From Anthoceros angustus (Eukaryota; Plantae; Anthocerotophyta), in contig MU008167.1 of NCBI GenBank assembly GCA_010909165.1, positions 1,054,001-1,118,000 of the forward strand: 64,000 nucleotides of DNA, read 5' to 3'. Positions 25,929 to 34,959 of this stretch are shown here, one piece after another (position 1 is the first letter of the stretch; every line of letters starts with the position of its first letter). The notes below the pieces were generated by a model. That model saw nothing but the letters and a program-made list of their open reading frames with translations, was not told the origin of the DNA and ran no database searches. The position numbers and the translations under genes are program-made.

Positions 25929-28900
25929 ATGGCTGCTGGCCTAACAGGCATTCTAGGAAGAGCTTCGGCTCGTCTGTCGTCAAGAAACAAGCTTTTTGCG
26001 CACAACCAAGTCGGGAGATGGAGCAGCTTGGCACGACAGCCAAGTGGACTCCTGGCTGCAGACGGATCTTCCAACGAGGGTGGTCGCCAGGAGCATTTGT
26101 GGCGACAGTTTTTCTGGGACCCAACACTGTGGTGGGATAACAGGCAACATAAGAGGAGCCTCCGGGCGCCTGACTTCCGGCACAGGCATTCCCAAGAGGT
26201 CCTCTGGTTGAACAATTTTCACAAGCCAGCATGGGTGGATGCGCATCTTGCTGCCCTGGATATGGGGATGGGGCGTGGTGCCTCCAACAGGAGGTTGCTG
26301 GATGATCCTAACCATGAAGGTGTGGGCGTCACGGCCGAAACTGTGAGCAAGCTATGTCATGAGGGCCATCTCACTGAGGCTGTTGAGGTTTTGGAGGCAC
26401 TGGTGGAGACAGAGGGCTGTATTTCTGGATCTCTTTGTTATGCTGTGCTGAAGAAATGTGCGTTGAAGAAGGATCTTGTGATGGGTAGCCGCGTGCATGC
26501 TCTCACGGTGAAACTCGGGTACCAGTCAGACACGTTCCTAGGGTTCCACACCCTGCGGATGTATGCTGCTCATGGCAGGTTGCAAGATGCGGTGGACGTG
26601 TTTGAGGCCGTTGCAGAGCCTGATGCCTTCACGTGGTCTGCCATTATTTCTGCGCATGTGAAACATGGACAGGACAAGCAGGCTATGCAACTGTATCATC
26701 GTATGCGCCGGTCCAGTGTGAAGCCAGATGGGCATGTGTTTGTAGCAGCTCTTCAGGCTTGTGCAAGGGGATCGGACTTGAAATCTGGGCAGCAGGTGCA
26801 TGCCGATGTGTTGGCCACTGGCATGGAGCCTAATTTGTTCGTTTGTAGTTGCTTGGTGGACATGTATGCCAAGTGTGGCAGCTTGGAAGACGCTCAGAGA
26901 GTGTTTGATGGACTTGTTCAGAAGGATGTGGTGACATGGAATTCTTTGATAGCAGGGTATTCCCAACAGGGCATGGGGCAGGAGGCCCTCCAGCTGTACG
27001 GGGCCATGCTAGAAGAAGGCGTGGCTGTTCCCAACTCTGTTACATTTGCATGCCTTTTGCAGGCTTGTGGCAGTGTGGGTGACTCTGCTCTGGAGAAGGG
27101 GAGGCAGCTCCATGCTCAGATCAGAGAACGAGGACATCAAGCTGATGTCTTTGTAGCCAGTAGTTTGGTGAACATGTATTCCAAGTGTGGTAGCTTGACG
27201 GATGCTCAGAGAGTGTTTGATGAACTTGGTCCAAAAAATGTAGTAACATGGAATGCCATGATAGCAGGGTATTGTCAACAGGGCATGGGGGAGGAAGCCC
27301 TTGATCTCTACAGTGCTATGTTAGAAGGAGGTATGGCAGTACCCGATTCCGTGACATTTGTGTCCCTTCTGCAGGCATGTGCACGTGTGGGCACACTGGC
27401 ACTGCAAAAAGGGAAACAGCTTCATTCACAGATCAGAGGAGTCGGTCTTGAAGTGGACGTGTTTGTAGCCAGCAGTTTAATAAACATGTATGCAAAGTGT
27501 GGCAGCTTGGAAGACGCTGAGAGTGTGTTTGAGGGACTTGATCAAAAGGATTTGGTGATGTGGAACGCCATGATAGCAGGGTATTCCCAGCAGGGCATGG
27601 GCCAGGAAGCCCTTCGTCTGTACACTACAATGCAAGAGGAAGGCATCACTGTACCAGACTCTGTTACGTTCCTCTGCCTCTTGCAGGCATGTGCAAGTAT
27701 GAGCACCCAAGCATTGCAAACAGGGAATCAGCTTCATGCAGAAATCAAGGAGCGAGGACATCAAGCTGATGTATTTGTAGCCAACGGTTTGGTGAACATG
27801 TATGCGAAGTGTGGGAGCCTGGAAGACGCTCAGAGAGTCTTTGATGGACTTGGTAAAAAGGATTTGGTGACATGGAATGCTATAATAGGAGGGTATTCCC
27901 AGCAGGGTATGTTGTCAAAAGCCCTTCATCTCTACAATGCCATGCAGGAAGAGGGCCTGGCGGAACCTGATTCTGTGACGTTCGTGTGCCTCTTGCAGGC
28001 TTGTGCAAGTGTGGGCATCACAGCGTTGGAGAGTGGGAAGGATCTTCATATGCAGATCAGAGAGCGAGGACATGAAGCTGATGTGTTTGTCGGCAACAGC
28101 TTGGTGAACATGTATGCAAAGTGCGGCAGCGTAAAGGACGCTCAGAGAGTGTTTGATGGACTTGGCAAGAAAAATGTGGTGACATGGAATGCCATGATAG
28201 CAGGGTATTCCCAACAGGGTATGGTGCAGGAAGCCCTTGGTCTTTACAGTGCTATGCTAGAAGGAGGTATGGCAGTACCTGATTCCGTGACATTTATCTG
28301 CCTTCTACAGGCATGCGCAATTATGGGCACCCTGGCATTGCAAAAGGGAATGCAGCTTCATACACAGATCAAAGGAGCTGGACATGAAGCTGATGTATTC
28401 GTAGCCAACAGTTTGGTAAACATGTATGCAAAGTGCGGCAGCTTGGAAGATGCTCAGAGAGTCTTTGACAGACTTGGTAAAAAAGATTTGGTGACATGGA
28501 ATGCTATGATAGGAGGGTATTCACAGCAGGGCATGGGGCAGGAAGCTCTTCATCTCTACAGTGCTATGCAAGAAGAAGGCACGGCTGTACCTGACTCGGT
28601 GACATTTGTGTCCCTCCTGCAGGCATGTGCAACTATTGGAACCCCGGCGTTGGAAAAGGGGAAGCAGCTTCATGCAGAAATCAAGTCACTGGGACATCAG
28701 TCTAATGTTTTTGTAACCAGCAGTTTGGTGAAAATGTATACGAAGTGTGGGAGTTTGGAATATGCGCAGAGTTTGTTTGACGGAATTGATCAAAGAGATT
28801 TGGTGATGTGGAATGCCATGATAGCAGGGTATTCTCAAAACGGTATGGGGCAGGAAGCCTTTCGTCTCTATAGTGCTATGCAAGAAGATGGCAGGGCTGT

Positions 28901-30023
28901 GCCTGATTCCATGACATTCGTCTACCTCCTGCAGGCATGTGCACGTATGGGCACTCTGGCATTGCAGAAGGGTAGGCTGGTTCATGCTCAAATCAAGGAA
29001 CGAGGGCATCATACTGATGTCTTTGTGGCCAACAGTTTGGTAAACATGTATGCAAAGTGTGGGAGCTTGGAAGATGCTCAAAGAGTGTTTGACGGACTTG
29101 ACCAAAAGGATTTGGTAACATGGAATGCCATGATAGCAGGGTATTCCCAGCAGGGTATGGGGCAAGAAGCCCTTTGTCTTTACCATGCTATGCAAGCACA
29201 AGGCATGGCTGTGCCTGATTCCGTAACATATGTGTGCCTTCTCCAGGCATGTGCAAACGTGGCAGATTTGCATTCAGGAAGGCAGGTACATGCACAGATT
29301 GTAGCGCAAGGGCTTCAGGTCGATGTGTTCGTAGCAGGCAGTCTGATTGACATGTATGGAAAGTCTGGGAGCATGGTTCATGCAAAGCAGGTGTTTGATG
29401 CTTTGCCTGAAACAGACGTCGTCGTCTGGAATGCACTCATTGCAGGCTACGCCAGTCAGGGCGACAGTGACGTGGTCTTCAACTTGGTCCAGAGAATGCA
29501 AGAGGATGGCATACAGCCAGACGGCATCACATTGTCTAGTGTACTAACAGTTTGCAGTCATGCAGGTCTAGTGAACAAGGGATGGGAGTACTTCGAGGCA
29601 ATGACCAGACACTACTGCATCCCTCCTACGGAGAAACACTACACATGCATGGTGGATCTCCTAGGTCGTGCAGGACAACTGGATGAGGCACTAGATTTAA
29701 TAAGCTCAATGCCTTTACCGCCCAGTGCTGCAGTTTGGCACACTCTGTTGGGTGCTTGTCAAAAGTGGAGCAATGTGGAGGTGGGACGCCATGCGTTCAA
29801 TGAGGCAGTGAAGCTAGACAAGAAAGATGCTGCAGCATATGTGTTGATGTCGAACATATACACCGGTGCTCAGATGTGGGAGTGGGCACAGAAAATGCAA
29901 GCGAGGAGAACAAGAATCAGGGCATGGAAGCCGGCAGGTCTGAGCTGGTGGACGGACAAGGAGGGAGTGGTGCATAGTTTTTTGGTTGGGGATATGAAGC
30001 ATCTTCCCAGCAAGCAAAGTTGA
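25929..30023 (+). CDS. PLS-class PPR protein B (~1364 aa, intronless): presequence, intact PDF motif, about 33 PPR motifs, E1/E2, WW-type box, truncated before the DYW deaminase
   Basis: Uninterrupted ORF with 10 S-type MY(A/S/T/G)K-type motifs plus P2-L2-S2; ends KPAGLSWWTDKEGVVHSFLVGDMKHLPSKQS*; no HxE or CxxC. Confidence 0.95.
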   Translation: MAAGLTGILGRASARLSSRNKLFAHNQVGRWSSLARQPSGLLAADGSSNEGGRQEHLWRQFFWDPTLWWDNRQHKRSLRAPDFRHRHSQEVLWLNNFHKPAWVDAHLAALDMGMGRGASNRRLLDDPNHEGVGVTAETVSKLCHEGHLTEAVEVLEALVETEGCISGSLCYAVLKKCALKKDLVMGSRVHALTVKLGYQSDTFLGFHTLRMYAAHGRLQDAVDVFEAVAEPDAFTWSAIISAHVKHGQDKQAMQLYHRMRRSSVKPDGHVFVAALQACARGSDLKSGQQVHADVLATGMEPNLFVCSCLVDMYAKCGSLEDAQRVFDGLVQKDVVTWNSLIAGYSQQGMGQEALQLYGAMLEEGVAVPNSVTFACLLQACGSVGDSALEKGRQLHAQIRERGHQADVFVASSLVNMYSKCGSLTDAQRVFDELGPKNVVTWNAMIAGYCQQGMGEEALDLYSAMLEGGMAVPDSVTFVSLLQACARVGTLALQKGKQLHSQIRGVGLEVDVFVASSLINMYAKCGSLEDAESVFEGLDQKDLVMWNAMIAGYSQQGMGQEALRLYTTMQEEGITVPDSVTFLCLLQACASMSTQALQTGNQLHAEIKERGHQADVFVANGLVNMYAKCGSLEDAQRVFDGLGKKDLVTWNAIIGGYSQQGMLSKALHLYNAMQEEGLAEPDSVTFVCLLQACASVGITALESGKDLHMQIRERGHEADVFVGNSLVNMYAKCGSVKDAQRVFDGLGKKNVVTWNAMIAGYSQQGMVQEALGLYSAMLEGGMAVPDSVTFICLLQACAIMGTLALQKGMQLHTQIKGAGHEADVFVANSLVNMYAKCGSLEDAQRVFDRLGKKDLVTWNAMIGGYSQQGMGQEALHLYSAMQEEGTAVPDSVTFVSLLQACATIGTPALEKGKQLHAEIKSLGHQSNVFVTSSLVKMYTKCGSLEYAQSLFDGIDQRDLVMWNAMIAGYSQNGMGQEAFRLYSAMQEDGRAVPDSMTFVYLLQACARMGTLALQKGRLVHAQIKERGHHTDVFVANSLVNMYAKCGSLEDAQRVFDGLDQKDLVTWNAMIAGYSQQGMGQEALCLYHAMQAQGMAVPDSVTYVCLLQACANVADLHSGRQVHAQIVAQGLQVDVFVAGSLIDMYGKSGSMVHAKQVFDALPETDVVVWNALIAGYASQGDSDVVFNLVQRMQEDGIQPDGITLSSVLTVCSHAGLVNKGWEYFEAMTRHYCIPPTEKHYTCMVDLLGRAGQLDEALDLISSMPLPPSAAVWHTLLGACQKWSNVEVGRHAFNEAVKLDKKDAAAYVLMSNIYTGAQMWEWAQKMQARRTRIRAWKPAGLSWWTDKEGVVHSFLVGDMKHLPSKQS

Positions 30024-30479
30024 ACATGAGTTTCGCAAGATGATAGCTGTTCTTCACACGGGCGTATGCGGTGATACCGCCTACGTCTGTCATTTGCGGG
30101 CATGGATTTCAGCGGTGCCAACTTCCGCAGTGTCTTGTGCATATGATGTCTTCAGCATTCTATCCCCTACCATTTTTGCGCGAGCATTCCACCTCCCTGC
30201 TTAAAATATACGAAGGAGATCGCACTCGCGCTCGGGGGAATTTGCCCATCACCCACGTCCTTCTTAGCGATTTCGGGTTTTGGGAAGGTATCAGATGAGT
30301 CCTGTTTGATTTTCATCATGTGAAATCTTCATCTTGAATCACTCACACATAAATTTGAAGATTTTGATTGAAACCATCTTATTTTGTCTGTTTAATACCA
30401 AAAAGTTGGTCATTTATTTTATCACGCTTAATAACACGCGCTGATCAAATCAGATAAAATGGTGAAAAACTAAAAAAAA

Positions 30480-31100
30480 AAGTCTAAGTAATAGCTACTA
30501 TGTTAACAAATGCCTGTATTGTATGCTTCATCTATAATCTCCTAAGAGTTCGCGATGAATAGTGCCTATGAAGAGCTGCCTAGAGAGGACTTTTAGTGAT
30601 CAGTGGTCTGGGGTTGGCAGCTATGTCGTTGCGTCCAGCCTTCGAAATATATAAGGGCTAGGGCAAAGTCGTGTATTTTAGTTTGTCTTGTGTTATGAGA
30701 CCTTTGGATATCTAGCCAAAGAGTTTGGCCCGAAGGCAAGGGCAATAGCCAAAAGACAGTAGATAGTTAGCCTATTTTCTATATTCTGTGAATAAAGAGC
30801 AGTACCTCAAGGAGGTTAAACTCTTTGTGTATTGAGGTTAAACTCTTTGTGTATTCTGTGAAAAAAGAAAACACCTCAAGGACGTTAGACCCTTTCTGTA
30901 TTCTCTGAATAAAGAGCAGCGCCTTGAGGAGGCTAAACTCTCTGTATTCTGTGAATAAAGAGCGGCACCTTGAGGGGGTCGTTTGCGAGTCGTCCTTATA
31001 GCCTATTGATGTGTCGTGAGGTTGAGAACGTTGAGAGCTTGAGCATGCACTGGGTAAAGAGTGAATTGGTGAGATCTCAGGTCGTCGGAAAGTTAGCACT
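30480..31100 (+). mobile_element. LTR-like fragment with an internal ~46-bp tandem repeat (30781-30975)
   Basis: Shares AGCTACTAT, CTGCCTAGAGAGGACT.TTAGTGATCA, a TATA-like ATATAAG.GCTAG and GTGAATAAAGAGCAG with 62600-62920. Confidence 0.55.
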
Positions 31101-31481
31101 AGTCGCTTCTTTATTGATTATGTGGTAAGAAGCGCTTCTCACCTAGCAAATTACATTTTTCCATGTTCCGTGAAAGTTGAACAGATTCTAAAGACAAAGT
31201 TTGGTCATTATACTACGGTAATGAGTTCATTAGTGCGCATTTCTGATCATTTATCTATTATTTACATAAGATTTTTTTAATAACTAAGTGAATGTGGAAT
31301 GGAATTAAAAGCGTCATTTTGGAACGGATGTGTGACATACTAAGATAGTTAAATTTTTGACCACCCTAAGTAAACGTGGGTATGATTGTTGCTTAAGGCA
31401 AACTTGCAAATTACAAATTGCTTAGTTGAGTTGAAAAGAAGTTAAACGGATTCCAGGTTTCAAGAAACTTGCATAAAAGCC

Positions 31482-31837
31482 AAGATTAAATGTCGCACAG
31501 TACCGAGATAGAATGCCTATCTGTTAACAATTAAATTAATCTAGGATAATAGTAACTCGCATACAAAAAAGATATATCAGATTGAGAAGGAGTTAAATTA
31601 CGCATTACTTGATTGGTCTTTAAAAAGAACTTGCTTAAAGTCACAAATGTGTTATTAATTGAAAAGAGTTAAACTGGCAATTAGTTGGTTAGTGGTTCAA
31701 AAGAATTTAAGATTAAATGTCGCAGAGTACTGAGATAGAATGCCTATCTGTTAACAATTAAATTAATCTAGGATAATAGTAACTCGCATACAAAAAAGAT
31801 ATACAAATTGAGAAGGAGTTAAATTACGCATTACTTG
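31482..31837. repeat. ~130-bp AT-rich direct repeat pair (31482-31611 and 31709-31837)
   Basis: AAGATTAAATGTCGCA.AGTAC.GAGATAGAATGCCTATCTG...TTACGCATTACTTG twice, period 227. Confidence 0.85.
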
Positions 31838-31838
31838 C

Positions 31839-34800
31839 TGTGGACAAGGGACGGATAATTTGACTCTCCTTCGGGTCAATTAGTAAGGGTTTTTCATTTT
31901 TTTTCATGAGGATTTGTGTGAGAAATAAGGGATACACGTGGATAATAAGGCATATTCAACCAAGTACGTAGGCTGGCGGCAACTCCTATGTAGGCAAAGT
32001 CTGGAGAAGCTCCGGAGGACGGCTATGGGTATCAAGGGAAGCAAGGTCCGAAGCAGCTCCGGAGGAGGACAAGAGAAGGTCCGAAGGCCGGGGGAGCGGG
32101 GGGGTCTTATGTGGATAAGACATGCAAGTCCGACGAAGTGGGTCGTAATTACAGAAGGGTGACACGTGGACGGTGGCATGGGGCCGTGTGACATGCAGAA
32201 GGCCAGAACCCCAGACTTGCCAGAAGCCGTAATAGGCACCTAGTCACGACCCAAGGACATGCGCCAAGAAGGCGGCAGGCATGAAGCTACGGTACAAGAT
32301 GCAAAGGGGTGGCAATTACTGGCAACGAAAGGACACCTTCTCGCGTGACAATTACGCCCTCCGCACTGCAGCTAAGAGAAGAAGAAGACCCCAAGACTGG
32401 GTATCTTGGCAGTTTTCTCAGTCTCTCGCGCTTCGTCACCCGGCCCTCTGGCAGTCGCTCTTCCATCGCTCAAACGCTCCGTCTTGGAGGACTTGGATCG
32501 TCTCAGCGCGCTTTCCTCCTTTAGGGCTAAGGGCGACGAGAGTTGAAGTGAGGCCGGAGCTATTCAGTGAGGGAGACGACCAGAAGGCCGGAGCTATTCA
32601 GTGAGCGTAGCGGCATGGCTCCCAAGAAAGTAGTAGAGACTCTGAGACCCCTAAACGCTGGTGGAGAAGAACATCAGCACCAAGCGCTACCAGTTCGCCC
32701 ATGGGCTGGAGGCGAGCGAGCTCGTGCAAGAGTGGCACCTGGATATATTCCGCAACTGGACTTCTGACAAGACGCTAGGGAGTATGCCTTGAAGCTGCTG
32801 GTGGCGGCAAACAAGTCAGTCCGCTCAAAGAGTTTTAGAGAGGACCCTAGGCGATGGACGGTGGAAGCACTTCAAGGTGTATAACCCAAGACGCTGGAGG
32901 AGCTATGGGTATCAAGGGAAGCAAGGTCCAAGCAGCCCGGAGGAGGACAAGAGAAGGTCCAAGGAGTGTATGCGGGATAAGACATGCAAGTCCGACGGCG
33001 GGTCGAATTACGTGGGTGACACGTGGGCGGTGGCATGGGGCCGTGTGACATGCGTAAGGCCGTAACCCGGACTTGCGGGCTGTGGGCACCTAGTCACGAC
33101 CAAGGACATGCGCCAAGAAGGCGAAGGTTACTGTGACAAGATGCAAAGGTGGCAATTATCGCAACGAAGGACACCTTCTGGCGTGACACCACGCTCCGTG
33201 ACTGCTAGTTTAAGAGAAGAAGAAGACCCCAAGATCTGCATTCTCGCCTCGGCCGTCACCCGGCCGGCGCCGCTCTTCCATCGCTCAAACGCCTCCGTCT
33301 TGGAGGACTTGGATGCCCCTTTCCTCCTTTAGGGCTAAGGGCGACGAGAGTTGAAGTGAGGAGCTATTCGGTGAGGAGACGACTGAAGGCGTGAGCTATT
33401 GCTGGCGCGGCATGGCTCCCAAGAAAGTAGTAGAGACTCTGAGACCCCTAAACGCTGGTGGAGAAGAACATCAGCACCAAGCGCTACCCAGATTTCTGCC
33501 CATGGCTGGAGGAGGCGAGCGAGCTCGTGCAAGAGTGGCACCTGGATATATTCCAGGCAATCTGGACTTACGACAGCATGACGCTAGGGAGTATGCCTGG
33601 AAGCTGCTGGTGGCGGCAAACAAGTCAGTCCGCTCAAAGAGTTTTAGAGAGGACCCTAGGCGATGGACGGTGGAAGCACTTCAGGCGGTGTATAACCGGC
33701 ACGCGGAGGAAATCAAAGGGGTGGTGCCGGAGCCACTGAAAGGGAAGGGGATGCTGGAAGCGGCAAAGGTGGCACTCTTGAGGACAGATGCCCAGAGGTC
33801 CTCCAATGGGTGGTTGATGTCGGACCTAAAGGACCGGCGGGTGAGGGCAATGGCCAAAATTATTGTCCACTGGAACATGCTCACAAAGATAGACCACCTG
33901 GGGGACAACCTACTCGTGTTCCTGCATGCTCTCATGAGGTGGAAGCAGGCGAACTGGGGGCGGATCATTTTTGCCCGGATAGCGCAGGAGGCACGGAAAT
34001 TGCACAACGAGCGGCCTCCTCTGTCGGCGTTGTCTCCTTTCATCTTGCATGTCTAGGGTCACCAAAACCTTCTGAAGGAGGGTGAGGAGGAGCGCGCACT
34101 CCGCCGGGGGTTAACGCACCTGCTGATTGCAGGGAGGGACGATGAGGAGCAAGCCCCGGACAGCAGGCCTAGAGCGGAGCCTCGGACCGGGCGTAATTAG
34201 GCCAAGGAGGATTGGGAGGGCATCCTGATGCCATTCACTTGGAACGAACCCCTTCCCCCCCAAGGTAGATTTGGGAGGAGATTCCCACGTCCTTGCTGCT
34301 AGTTGGGGCACCGAAGGAGCAGACCCCAGCGTCTGTACTGACAGGGCCAGTAGTCGCGCCAGTGGAGGCAGCTCCGACGGTGATGAGACCAACCCCGGTC
34401 ACCCCAGTAGAATCACGCCGGACCAGGACGGAGGGTCGAAAGAAGAAGGCAGCGTTGGAGGTGGCCGCCAAGGATGTGGCACCGGCACCCCTACCAGTGA
34501 GTGAAGAGTGGGCAAAAGCAAAGCTGCCCGGTCCACCGGGCAGCTCAAGGCGGGGAGTACACTAGTAGTGTGCCGAACCAAAAGGCTCTCCCACCAAGAG
34601 AGGAAAACGGGCCAGTTCGAGAACTCCGTCGCCCCCACCGGACCCCAAGCATAGGAGGGTGGAAAAGGAGTTGACCACCAAAAGGGCCAAGGAAGTTGAA
34701 GGTCTGGTGCCAGATGGGCAGGACCTAGGCCCCCTGATTGAGGCCAGATCCAGACACCTAGTCCGGACCAACTCCGCCGAGCGGTCTGGTAATCCTTGGT

Positions 34801-34950
34801 AGGCCAGGAGATGCCCGCGCCCTCAGTGGGGTTTGAGGGGAGTTCGCCGCTGGTGGAAGAGGCCAAAGCAGTCCGGCGAGTGTGAAGAGCATGGTCCGGG
34901 GCTCTGCGAGCCTGCGAGCGCAAGAGGTGGAGGTGGTGGCTTAGGCCAGT
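31839..34950 (+). mobile_element. TGTGG-initiated element copy A with a 'MAPKK' ORF (from ~33411; partial duplicate from ~32615)
   Basis: Starts TGTGGAC. Frameshifted ORF MAPKK...RYPDFCPWLEE...REDPRRWTV...NGWLMSDL...IIVHWN...NWGRIIFAR; internal ~0.85 kb tandem duplication. Confidence 0.65.
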
Positions 34951-34959
34951 CTAACTTGT

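Noticed and set aside
21162-29547. Numerous 60-200 aa ORFs antisense or out of frame to the PPR genes
   Set aside because: Shadow ORFs produced by the repetitive PPR codon pattern.
29925-29950. 'KPA' in PPR B as a DYW:KP (U-to-C) signature
   Set aside because: It aligns one residue off the KPAxA box, is followed by GLSWWTD (WW type), and is explained by point changes from KQPG.
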